The notes: generated by a model from the letters alone, not told the origin. 64,000 nucleotides of DNA from Patescibacteria group bacterium (GCA_041662585.1 JBAZSG010000002.1:13588-77587), one strand, 5' to 3'. Shown: positions 52,389 to 61,611, counted from the stretch's first letter. Program-made: numbers and translations.

Positions 52389-52854
52389 ATCTCAGAAGGT
52401 TTCTATCAATCTCACTCGCAATCATTCCATAGCTAGTGGCGTCTCCGCTAAGACCCGTAAAAATGCCCTCGCTGTAAATAACCACAATAAGAAAAATGGA
52501 TAGAATGACCAAAATGACATCAATACCTTTATAAATGGCTCGCCCAATATACAAAACAATCGCGACATTGCAAAAGACAACAAAAAAGACAGAGAAAGAA
52601 CTCAAAACATTGCCCCTCCAGAAGGCAAAACAAATATCCATAGAAAAACCCACTATCGCTGCCGTAATGCCAATGGCATACCACCAATTGTCTGTCAAAG
52701 ACAGACTTATAAAAAATCCGAGTAGCGTGACCACTATGGCAATCAGTTGCCACTTACCCAACTTAGCCCACCACAGAGGCAATTGAGGCCTAGCTGTTTT
52801 CTCCCACCACAAGAATAATGGGGACAATTGAAATGTCATCGTCAACCTCCTCAT
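52324..52854 (-). CDS. Polytopic membrane protein, paralog A2 (176 aa)
   Basis: Same N-terminus (MRRLTMTFQLSPLFLWWEKTARPQLPLWWAKLGKWQLIA) and C-terminus (NLLRLSYTVMF...VSLFLR) as A1, with a divergent core. Confidence 0.6.
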   Translation of the reverse strand: MRRLTMTFQLSPLFLWWEKTARPQLPLWWAKLGKWQLIAIVVTLLGFFISLSLTDNWWYAIGITAAIVGFSMDICFAFWRGNVLSSFSVFFVVFCNVAIVLYIGRAIYKGIDVILVILSIFLIVVIYSEGIFTGLSGDATSYGMIASEIDRNLLRLSYTVMFMSISIPILVSLFLR

Positions 52855-52920
52855 ACAATATAATTAAAGTACTATTAATTTAATAAAACATATTAACACG
52901 CTGCTACACTACTGTCAATG
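52659..52920. repeat. Boundary repeat R2, copy 2 (includes minus-strand promoter TTGACA-17-TAATAT at 52918-52890)
   Basis: See R2 copy 1. Confidence 0.8.
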
Positions 52921-52942
52921 AGACACAAACTTAAACACCTTT

Positions 52943-53506
52943 ATGAAACAATTGTTTATAATGCTAATCGGTTTTTCTAGATCAGGTAAAACTACTTTAG
53001 CTAAAAAAATAATAGAAAATATAAAAGATTTGGTATTAATAGATTCTGACTCTATTCATTTGTTTTTAAATAATACTTATCCTTTATTTCAAGATAATGA
53101 TACTATAGAAGGCCAGTCTTACGAAATTAGACAAAAAACTACCAAAGCAATACAAGAGGCTTTGATTTCTACTCTACTTAAAGATGGACACTCTATTTTA
53201 CTAGATGCAAACAATGGTAAAAAAGAAGTGCGAGAAACAATATTAAAAACTGTTAAAAATATTAATCCCGAAATACAAACTATTTTACTAAGACATAAAA
53301 TTGATGAAAAAATATTATATAAAAATATTAAAAAAGCTGACCAAATAAAAGGTGGCTATACTTGGAAAGATTTATATGAAAAAATACAAAAACCCAACTT
53401 TGATGAAGCAACTAAAGATGAAACCAATTACCTTTTGATTCATACAAATAATACTGCCGATATAATTAACGAAATAAAAAATATAAGTACAAAGCATCGC
53501 GTATAA
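52943..53506 (+). CDS. Small P-loop NTPase/kinase (AAA_33 / zeta-toxin-like fold)
   Basis: MLIGFSRSGKTTLAKKII (Walker A), LIDSDSIH, LLDANN. 187 aa. It occupies the position held by the HATPase gene in the preceding unit. Confidence 0.5.
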   Translation: MKQLFIMLIGFSRSGKTTLAKKIIENIKDLVLIDSDSIHLFLNNTYPLFQDNDTIEGQSYEIRQKTTKAIQEALISTLLKDGHSILLDANNGKKEVRETILKTVKNINPEIQTILLRHKIDEKILYKNIKKADQIKGGYTWKDLYEKIQKPNFDEATKDETNYLLIHTNNTADIINEIKNISTKHRV

Positions 53507-53532
53507 GTAAAAATAACCTAATTCTAAAACCA

Positions 53533-53835
53533 ATGAAAAAAAATATTTTTTTAACAACCATTATAATTTTTATAGCCGTGCTATGTGTATATTATTTTTG
53601 GTTTATGCAAAAAAACGAACTAGTGACAAAAGAAGGCATCCTGCTGGGCTCTAAAGGAAACACATTAATAGTCGATGATGTTTTTGTAGAAATTAGCAAT
53701 GAAGATTATAAACAATATCTAAACAAGAGGGTTAAGGTTGAAGGTTATTTGTCTGAACCAAAACCCTGTCCACCCAATTTACAATGTCAAATATCTCCAA
53801 TTATGACTGTCAAATCAATTGAAATAATTGAATAG
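53533..53835 (+). CDS. Small exported/membrane-anchored protein (100 aa)
   Basis: N-terminal transmembrane helix or signal anchor, then a soluble domain with 3 Cys. Confidence 0.4.
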   Translation: MKKNIFLTTIIIFIAVLCVYYFWFMQKNELVTKEGILLGSKGNTLIVDDVFVEISNEDYKQYLNKRVKVEGYLSEPKPCPPNLQCQISPIMTVKSIEIIE

Positions 53836-53862
53836 CCTATGGAAGATAACAAAAAAATCTAT

Positions 53863-53900
53863 ATAACTAAATAAATTTTTTAATTTAAATTATAAAAACC
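53863..53900. repeat. Boundary repeat R3, copy 2
   Basis: See R3 copy 1. Confidence 0.7.
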
Positions 53901-53930
53901 ACCCCTCGACTTACACTCAGGGTGGTTTTT
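53895..53930. terminator. Bidirectional rho-independent terminator
   Basis: aaaaaccaccc-tcgacttacactc-agggtggtttttt. Confidence 0.8.
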
Positions 53931-53949
53931 TAAAAACTTTCTTTGCTGT

Positions 53950-54267
53950 CTATACAAATCGACTAGCAAAAAATATAGCTGTAGCCAGACCGATAAACCA
54001 AAGCAGTGCCGACGCTACTGATTGGCCAAATTTTTTGCGCCGACTAGACACTTCGCTTCTACCAAGAACTCTTTTGTTCTTTGAGGCAAAACTAGTGCCT
54101 TCACCACTGTTTAGTGTGAATATATGAAGTGGTGGTTTTTTGAGTCTTTCTTGTTGGCCATTATACTTTAATGGTCTTTTGGTTTTTATGGCTACCAACA
54201 CAAACAAAGCCAAAAGGCCAAAAATAATGGCTATAGCTTGAAAGTCCATACCTGCAAAAAACTTCAT
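53950..54267 (-). CDS. Small 2-transmembrane-helix membrane protein (105 aa)
   Basis: ORF with two hydrophobic helices and a basic central loop. About 330 bp of unusually GC-rich noncoding DNA lies upstream. Confidence 0.4.
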   Translation of the reverse strand: MKFFAGMDFQAIAIIFGLLALFVLVAIKTKRPLKYNGQQERLKKPPLHIFTLNSGEGTSFASKNKRVLGRSEVSSRRKKFGQSVASALLWFIGLATAIFFASRFV

Positions 54268-54606
54268 AAACGTTCCTTTCTTTTTTGCTGGTTAGTGGTA
54301 TGAAAAAGAACTTAAGTTACAAAAAAATACCTCTCCAGGCATTTTTGTAAATCAAGCTCATAATATGAGTTTTATCTACACAACGCCGGTTACGCTACTA
54401 GCTCCAAACTGTCCAAGCGTCCAAATACAGACAGTCCTTCATCGCCTCATTGAATGATATTTAATGTAATCAATAATAACTTAACATAAATATTTTATTT
54501 TGTAAATATTATAAATTTAATGCCCAAAACCAATACTTTTGTTTTTTTATTCATTTTGTTGTATAATATACTTATCTAAAAAATAAAAATCAATTAAAAT
54601 AAAATT

Positions 54607-55566
54607 ATGTTTTATAGAAAAGTTTATCCTAAAGCTTGGCAATTGGTCAAAAAAAATCCAGCTATTTGGTTTTTTGGACTATTTGCATCACTTCTAGGAT
54701 TTTATGAAATAAAAATCCTATTCAATTTCTCCGATAAATTTCCAGATTTTATCTCGGCCAACATTATATCTTGGATAGATATATTCGTGGCTTTTTCAAC
54801 TATTAATTTTGGTTGGAGCAATCTACCAGATGTTTTGGCTCTGTTTGGATTATTTATTCTATTTTCTGCTCTTACTATTTTGACTGTTTCTTCACAAGCC
54901 GCTCTGACTCGTGCTGCTTATTTCAAAGATAAAAAAACTATCAATGAATCATTGGGTCTACAACTAAACAAAGGTATTGATAAATTCTGGCCTGTATTTG
55001 GTCTAAATATTATCAATTCATTAATTGGCTATTTCTTTGTTACTTTGGTGCTAGTACCAATAATATATTTTCTGTCCAGTACTAGTGATTGGCCAATTTA
55101 TATAATATTGGGCTTGTTTACTTTTTTTGTACTTATGCCTTTGGTGGTGGTTATTTCTTTTGTTACTAGATATGGCATAGCTTATATAGTTATAAAAAAT
55201 CAAAAATTTACCGAAGCTTTTGTCAATTCTTGGCTATTATTCAAATTAAATTGGATAATCACCATAGAAAACGCTGTTACTTTGTTGGCCATGACTTTTA
55301 TAGCTTTGGTGCTTATGGTTAGCTCTATGATCTTCATATTTGTACCCTTTATTATTATTGCCAAAATTATACCAGTATTAAGTTTTATGTTTATGCTTAT
55401 TGGCTTCTTCTTAATAGCTGTAATATTAATATTTGGCACATCTATATATGCTTCTTTCTACAATGTAGTTTGGGGCACTGTTTTCTTGGAATTGATAGCT
55501 CCGGGCAAAAGTCATAGCAAGATACACCGAATAGTTCATAAACATTTACCAGGTCTTCTCAAATAA
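54607..55566 (+). CDS. Hypothetical polytopic membrane protein (319 aa)
   Basis: Seven or more transmembrane helices. No motif assigned. Confidence 0.45.
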   Translation: MFYRKVYPKAWQLVKKNPAIWFFGLFASLLGFYEIKILFNFSDKFPDFISANIISWIDIFVAFSTINFGWSNLPDVLALFGLFILFSALTILTVSSQAALTRAAYFKDKKTINESLGLQLNKGIDKFWPVFGLNIINSLIGYFFVTLVLVPIIYFLSSTSDWPIYIILGLFTFFVLMPLVVVISFVTRYGIAYIVIKNQKFTEAFVNSWLLFKLNWIITIENAVTLLAMTFIALVLMVSSMIFIFVPFIIIAKIIPVLSFMFMLIGFFLIAVILIFGTSIYASFYNVVWGTVFLELIAPGKSHSKIHRIVHKHLPGLLK

Positions 55567-55700
55567 AAATTAATTTATTCCAAAAAACCATTCTATTTAG
55601 AATGGTTTTTTATTTATACTATAAAATTGACTTAAAGAGTATCAATAAAGTATAATTATCATAGTTATTAATCCACTATAAGTGGAATAAATAAAAAAAT

Positions 55701-57416
55701 ATGGTTGATATATCAAAGGACAGTAAAAGTCAAAAATTGACTGATAAGTTATCTGAAATTGAACTAAAAGAAAAAGAACAACGTGTACAGGCCCAAGCTG
55801 ATGCTCTTGGTATTTCTTATATCAATTTGAAAAAATTTCCAATTTCTCAAGAAGCTCTAAAAATTATTGATGCTGAACAAGCTGAAGCTTTACAAACTAT
55901 TTGTTTTTTATATACTGGTGAAGAAATGCGCTTTGCATCTCTCAATCCCAATAACCCTCAAGTAGTCAACTTGGCCAAAGAGCTAGCTGAAAAATACCAT
56001 GCTAGCACCAAAACCTATCTTGTTTCGGAAGAGAGCTTTGATACTGCTTTTGCGATCTATAAAAAAATACCTCAAATTATTACCGTAGAAGGTGTGTCTA
56101 TTTCTATTGAAGATATAAATAAATTTGATAAAAAACTTACTACTTTCAATGATCTCAATAAGCTTATTCAAGAAACTGAGCTTACAGAAACTTTGAATAT
56201 AGTCATAGCTGCTGGACTCAAATTTGCTGCTTCCGATATTCATATTGAAACTGAAGAAAGTATAGTAAAAATACGCCTACGAGTCGATGGAATATTACAT
56301 GAAGTAGCTACTCTCAAAAAAGACACTTGGCCAAAAATCAGCTCTCGCATAAAACTATTGTCTGGATTAAAATTAAATATTGGCAACAAACCACAAGATG
56401 GTCGATTTACTATCCATCTTAATAAAGAAACAGTTGACGTCAGGGTTTCTTCTATCCCCTCTGTCTATGGCGAAAGTATTGTCATGAGACTTTTGGTAGC
56501 TTCAGCAGTGGGACTAGAATTTGAACATCTAGGTTTTAAGGGAAAGTCTTTTAATGTATTGGCTGAGGAAATGAAAAAACCAAATGGCATGATTATCACC
56601 ACTGGTCCAACTGGTTCTGGTAAAACTACTACTCTCTATGCCATATTAAACAAGCTCAATAATGCTGACACAAAAATCATTACCCTAGAAGACCCTATAG
56701 AATATAAACTACCTGGTATAGTGCAGAGCCAAGTAGATAATACTGATTCTATAGAGCAAGAAGATGTACAAACTGGAGAAATAAAAAGAAAAGCCACCTA
56801 TACCTTTGCTAGGGGTTTACGGGCTATACTACGCCAAGATCCAGACATAGTAATGGTTGGTGAAATTCGTGACCTAGAAACAGCTGAAACTGCTATAAAC
56901 GCTGCTTTGACTGGTCATTTGATGCTATCTACTATCCATACCAACTCCGCTGCTGGTACAATCCCTAGACTTTTATCTATGGGTGTACAGCCTTTTTTAT
57001 TGGCTCCAGCTCTCAATGCTGTGATTGGACAAAGACTGGCTAGAAAATTGTGCTCCCATTGTAAAATTGAAGACACTCAAGTCGACAATGCTACTATGAC
57101 TATCATTTTAAATGCCTTAAATGAAATAAGCCCCCAATCTGGCTTTAAACCAGACTTGAATAATTTAAAATTTTATACAGCTAAAGGTTGTGATAAGTGC
57201 CAAGGTATAGGTTATAAGGGAAGAGTCGGTATTTATGAAGTCATGACCATGAGTCCGGAAATAGAAAAAGTAATACTATCAGGCCAAGCCTCTGAATATG
57301 AGTTGGAAAAAATAGCTGTAGCTGATGGTATGATGACTATGTTTCAAGATGGACTTATCAAAGCTCTAGAGGGTATCACTTCTGTAGCTGAAATATTTGA
57401 TAGAGTAAAAGATTAA
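55701..57416 (+). CDS. pilB: Type IV pilus / type II secretion assembly ATPase (GspE/PilB family)
   Basis: N-terminal GSPII_E_N-like domain, Walker A ITTGPTGSGKTTTLYA, Asp box, His box, tetra-Cys motif CSHC...CDKC. Confidence 0.85.
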   Translation: MVDISKDSKSQKLTDKLSEIELKEKEQRVQAQADALGISYINLKKFPISQEALKIIDAEQAEALQTICFLYTGEEMRFASLNPNNPQVVNLAKELAEKYHASTKTYLVSEESFDTAFAIYKKIPQIITVEGVSISIEDINKFDKKLTTFNDLNKLIQETELTETLNIVIAAGLKFAASDIHIETEESIVKIRLRVDGILHEVATLKKDTWPKISSRIKLLSGLKLNIGNKPQDGRFTIHLNKETVDVRVSSIPSVYGESIVMRLLVASAVGLEFEHLGFKGKSFNVLAEEMKKPNGMIITTGPTGSGKTTTLYAILNKLNNADTKIITLEDPIEYKLPGIVQSQVDNTDSIEQEDVQTGEIKRKATYTFARGLRAILRQDPDIVMVGEIRDLETAETAINAALTGHLMLSTIHTNSAAGTIPRLLSMGVQPFLLAPALNAVIGQRLARKLCSHCKIEDTQVDNATMTIILNALNEISPQSGFKPDLNNLKFYTAKGCDKCQGIGYKGRVGIYEVMTMSPEIEKVILSGQASEYELEKIAVADGMMTMFQDGLIKALEGITSVAEIFDRVKD

Positions 57417-57456
57417 AATAACTAAAAACAACTCTTTTAAAGAGTTGTTTTTAGTT

Positions 57457-59994
57457 TTACTGCAATTTATCTTTGGCTTCTTGTAAACGTTTTTTAGTAT
57501 CGGCTATTACTTTGGCCGGCGCATTGTCTACAAATTTTTTATTAGCCAATTTAATTTCTGTATTTTTTATATATTGTTCCAAATCAGATCTTTCTTTAAT
57601 GGATAGTTTTTTACTAAGATTGATATATACCTGGCTACTGTTTATAGCAATCATCTCTGTGTCCAGCTTTTTATCTACCAAATTTACTCTAGCCATTTTG
57701 GCTGCCAAAAGCAAATGATCTTTAGTCAAAATTTTACTGAGTATATAACAATCTGGAAATTCACTAGGTGAAATTTTGTTGCTGGCTTTTAAATTTCTTA
57801 AACTAACTACCAGTTCTTTTAACTCCGAAAAATCAATTATAGTTTTTTCAGCAAATTTATTTGCTTTTGGCCATTTGGATACCATGAGCAAATGGTCACT
57901 TTTGAATTGTTGCCAAATAACTTCGCTAATATAAGGCGTAAAAGGATGGGTCAAAATCAACAGTCTTTCTAAAATGTAAAGTAATATTTGATCCTTATCT
58001 TTTTCTATTTTGGCAATTTCCAAATACCAATCAGCCAATTTAGCCCAAGCAAATTCATAAATTTTTTCACCAGCTGATGAAAATTTATATTCATCCAAAT
58101 CTTTGGAGACTTGTACTATCAACTGATTAAATTCTGCCAAAATCCAACGATCAGCCAATGTCTTGGCTTTTGGTTCTTTGTCTATGCTTTTTATTTCACT
58201 GACAGTATTAAATATAAAACGAGAAATGTTCCAAAGCTTGTTTACAAAATTTCTATAACCAGCAATTTTTTCTTCATAGAGTCGCAAATCTGCCCCTGGA
58301 GCTGAACCAATGATAAGCGACAAGCGCAGAGCATCAGTACCAAACTTATCTATCATTTCTAGTGGATCAATACCATTGCCCAAAGATTTAGATAGTTTTC
58401 TGCCCTCTTTATCTCTAACCATGCCGTGTAAATAAACCGTTTCAAACGGTTTTTCTCCTAGTATATATTCGGTCATCAGTATCATCCGAGCTACCCAAAA
58501 AAATAAAATATCATAACCAGTCTCTAAAACAGAAGTAGGATGAAATGTTTTTAGATCTTTGGTTTTGGCTGGCCAGCCCAAAGTGGAAAAAGTCCACAAA
58601 GATGAAGAAAACCACGTGTCCAAAGTATCTTCGTCCTGCTTTATCTTTTTACCTCTAGCTTTATTTTTAGCTTCAGCTTCATCATGAGCTACTATAATCT
58701 CATCGTCAGTAGTATACCAAACTGGGATTTGATGCCCCCACCAAATTTGTCTTGAGATACACCAATCATGGAGATTGTTCATCCAGTGATAATAAATTTT
58801 ATTAAATTTATCAGGCAATATTTTAATTTCTCCACTTTTAACAGCTCTGACTGCCAATTCTTTAAGACTTTTTCCTCTGCCTGGAATTTTTTTATCTACA
58901 GCCACAAACCATTGTTCGGAAGTCAAAGGCTCAATTGGGGTACCACAGCGATAACAAACTGATAAATTATGTACATAATCATTGTCAATACTGTCTATCA
59001 ACCCTTTTTCTTTTAAAATTTCCACAACTTTTTGACGAGCATCTTTAACTGACATACCAACTAATTTACCAGCTGCTTTAGTTAATCGTCCATCTTTATC
59101 AATAATTGGTTCTACTTTTAAATTATATTTCTGAGCTAATTCAAAATCTGTAAAACTATGAGCTGGCGTAATAGTCATGGCACCACTACCCATTTCCATA
59201 TCAGCCACTTCGTCAGCAATGACTCTAGCCTTAATTTTCCCATCAATCCATTCAAGCTCAAATTCCTTACCAATAATATCCTTATAACGTTTATCTTTAG
59301 GATGGACAATAATCACTTTATCGGAAAATTTTGTTTCTGGCCGAGCTGTGCCAATGGTCACTGGACCATATTTAAAATAATAAAAAGGTGTTTTTTTCTC
59401 TACATACTCTACTTCGTCATCTGCTAATGTAGAGCCACAGCGTGTACACCAATTAACAATTCTATTACCACGATAAATCAAACCATCATTATACATTCTG
59501 ACAAAAGCAGTGCTGACTGCCTTTGACAATCCTTCATCAAGCGTATATCTTTCTCTAGACCAATCACAACTAGCTCCCATTTTCTTAGTTTGATTGCGTA
59601 TAGTGTCTTGCGAATTGGCTACATATTTTTTTACTCTAGCCAAAAATTTGGCTCTGCCCAACTTTTCTCTACTACTGCCTTCTTCGGCCAAAATCTTTTC
59701 TACTTTGGTTTGAGTAGCAATGGCAGCATGATCTGTACCAGGCAACCAAAGAGTCTTTTCGCCTTTGAGTCTATGATATCTGATCATCAAATCCTCATAA
59801 GATAAATAGGAAGCATGACCAAGATGTAAAATACCAGTAGCATTTGGCGGTGGCATAGAAATAGTAAAAGCCTTTCCTTTGACATCCAGATTGTCTGGAT
59901 TAAAAAATCCAGACTCTTCCCAAGCCTTATAGATATTATTTTCATATTTACTAGGCTCATAAGCCTTGGCCATTTCTTCTATTTTCTTGGACAT
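57457..59994 (-). CDS. valS: Valine--tRNA ligase
   Basis: MPPPNATGILHLGHA (ValS-type PPPN.TG.LH.GHA), KLSKSLGN, C-terminal coiled coil. 845 aa. Confidence 0.85.
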   Translation of the reverse strand: MSKKIEEMAKAYEPSKYENNIYKAWEESGFFNPDNLDVKGKAFTISMPPPNATGILHLGHASYLSYEDLMIRYHRLKGEKTLWLPGTDHAAIATQTKVEKILAEEGSSREKLGRAKFLARVKKYVANSQDTIRNQTKKMGASCDWSRERYTLDEGLSKAVSTAFVRMYNDGLIYRGNRIVNWCTRCGSTLADDEVEYVEKKTPFYYFKYGPVTIGTARPETKFSDKVIIVHPKDKRYKDIIGKEFELEWIDGKIKARVIADEVADMEMGSGAMTITPAHSFTDFELAQKYNLKVEPIIDKDGRLTKAAGKLVGMSVKDARQKVVEILKEKGLIDSIDNDYVHNLSVCYRCGTPIEPLTSEQWFVAVDKKIPGRGKSLKELAVRAVKSGEIKILPDKFNKIYYHWMNNLHDWCISRQIWWGHQIPVWYTTDDEIIVAHDEAEAKNKARGKKIKQDEDTLDTWFSSSLWTFSTLGWPAKTKDLKTFHPTSVLETGYDILFFWVARMILMTEYILGEKPFETVYLHGMVRDKEGRKLSKSLGNGIDPLEMIDKFGTDALRLSLIIGSAPGADLRLYEEKIAGYRNFVNKLWNISRFIFNTVSEIKSIDKEPKAKTLADRWILAEFNQLIVQVSKDLDEYKFSSAGEKIYEFAWAKLADWYLEIAKIEKDKDQILLYILERLLILTHPFTPYISEVIWQQFKSDHLLMVSKWPKANKFAEKTIIDFSELKELVVSLRNLKASNKISPSEFPDCYILSKILTKDHLLLAAKMARVNLVDKKLDTEMIAINSSQVYINLSKKLSIKERSDLEQYIKNTEIKLANKKFVDNAPAKVIADTKKRLQEAKDKLQ

Positions 59995-60020
59995 ATTTCA
60001 ATTACCTTCAATATTTATAA

Positions 60021-60443
60021 TTAATTTATTGTTATTTTTCGTTTATTATCTTTTAATAATTCTATATTTATCTTGATAGCTCTATCTGGCAAACTTCTCA
60101 ATTTATCAGCCCATTCTATGGCTACTATTATATTATCATGAATTAGATAATCCTCTAAACCAATTTCCAACAAATCTTCCCGTCTGTATAAACGATAACA
60201 ATCAACATGCACAAATTTATTTATTTTTGCTTTTTTCAAATCATAGACTTTCATTAATACAAAAGTCGGACTAGTAATATTTTCCTTAATCCCCAAAGCC
60301 TTGGCTAGAGCTTGGACAAAAACTGTTTTGCCAGCTCCTAGATTTCCACTCAGAGCCAAAAGCTCACCACCTTTTAGATTTTTGGCTAATTTGGTGGCTA
60401 TAGCTTCTGTTTCTCTTTGATTATTAACTAAATATTCTGGCAT
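60021..60443 (-). CDS. tsaE: tRNA threonylcarbamoyladenosine biosynthesis protein TsaE
   Basis: LALSGNLGAGKTVFVQALAKALGI...TSPTFVLMKVY. Confidence 0.8.
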   Translation of the reverse strand: MPEYLVNNQRETEAIATKLAKNLKGGELLALSGNLGAGKTVFVQALAKALGIKENITSPTFVLMKVYDLKKAKINKFVHVDCYRLYRREDLLEIGLEDYLIHDNIIVAIEWADKLRSLPDRAIKINIELLKDNKRKITIN

Positions 60444-60450
60444 TATTTAA

Positions 60451-61503
60451 TTATATTTTATTTTTGCTTAATTGCCAATTAGAACGAGGTTGTAAATCAA
60501 ATACTTTATCACCTTTTAAAATATCTCCTGTTTTGCTAAATATATTATAATAAGCAGCTGTAGCTATCATAGCTGCATTATCTCCAGTATATTTTAAGTC
60601 TGGATAGAAAAAAGGTAGCTTAATTTTTTTACTTTCTTTAATTAAAGCTTTTTTTAATTCTGTATTAGCTGCTACCCCTCCGGCAATCATAATAGATTTT
60701 ACATTATGTTCTCTAGCCGCTTTAATAGTCTTTTTAAGTAAGACTTCTATCACGGCGTTCTGAAATGAAGCGCATAGATCATTGATATCTTGCTTGGTGA
60801 TATTTTTCTTTTTTTCTAGTGTATAGAGGACTGCGGTCTTCAGCCCTGAAAAAGAAAAATTATAATTTTGTTTATCAATCATTGGACGAGGAAAATCATA
60901 AGCTTGTTTGTCACCTTGCTCGGCTAGACGACTGACAATTGGCCCACCTGGATATCCCAATCCAAGTAACTTGGCTACTTTATCATAGGCCTCTCCCACA
61001 GCATCGTCTAAGGTTTGCCCAATTAATTTATATTGTCCATAACCTTTCATTAATACTAGCTCCGTATGACCACCAGATACTACCAGCACCAAAGCTGGTA
61101 AATATTTTTTAGTATTTTTTGCTAATTTGCTATTGGACAGCCAATTAGAATAAATATGTCCTTCTATATGATTTACTGCGACCAAAGGTAAATTGTTGGT
61201 AAAGGCTAAAGTTTTGGCTGTAGCCATACCCAATATCAGAGAAGTGATGAGCCCTGGTCCACTAGTCACAGCTATATAATCCATATTTTTTAGTTTATTT
61301 TTGCCTAAAACATTATCCACAAGTGGAATAATGGTTTCGACGTGCTTGCGAGCTGCTAGCTCTGGTACTACCCCGCCATATTTTTTATGAATATCAATCT
61401 GAGAATATACTAGGTTTTTCTGCAATTTTAAAGAATGTCCACTGGCTTCTAAAATAGCAATGGCTGTCTCGTCACATGATGATTCTATGGCTAGTATTTT
61501 CAT
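60451..61503 (-). CDS. tsaD: tRNA N6-adenosine threonylcarbamoyltransferase TsaD (Kae1/YgjD)
   Basis: MKILAIESSCDETAIAIL...NHIEGHI...SGGHTEL. Confidence 0.9.
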   Translation of the reverse strand: MKILAIESSCDETAIAILEASGHSLKLQKNLVYSQIDIHKKYGGVVPELAARKHVETIIPLVDNVLGKNKLKNMDYIAVTSGPGLITSLILGMATAKTLAFTNNLPLVAVNHIEGHIYSNWLSNSKLAKNTKKYLPALVLVVSGGHTELVLMKGYGQYKLIGQTLDDAVGEAYDKVAKLLGLGYPGGPIVSRLAEQGDKQAYDFPRPMIDKQNYNFSFSGLKTAVLYTLEKKKNITKQDINDLCASFQNAVIEVLLKKTIKAAREHNVKSIMIAGGVAANTELKKALIKESKKIKLPFFYPDLKYTGDNAAMIATAAYYNIFSKTGDILKGDKVFDLQPRSNWQLSKNKI

Positions 61504-61611
61504 ATCTTATATTATAACAGATTTGCTCATTTTATGGTTATAAAGCATTATTGTCAAACAGCTTAATTATATTAACTAGTTTTTTATTTGTTTTTATAGT
61601 AAGCTCAAAGT

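Noticed and set aside
54380-54470. Possible fluoride (crcB) riboswitch: GGCGATG ... AACCGGCG segments in the leader of a small membrane protein
   Set aside because: Spacing and intervening sequence do not fit the compact crcB motif of about 52 nt, which needs a pseudoknot-forming 5' GGCGA and 3' CGCC with conserved AUGG.GUUC. The downstream protein does not look like Fluc/CrcB (no 4-helix G..G...R/TFS.F pattern). Kept only as a generic structured-leader candidate.
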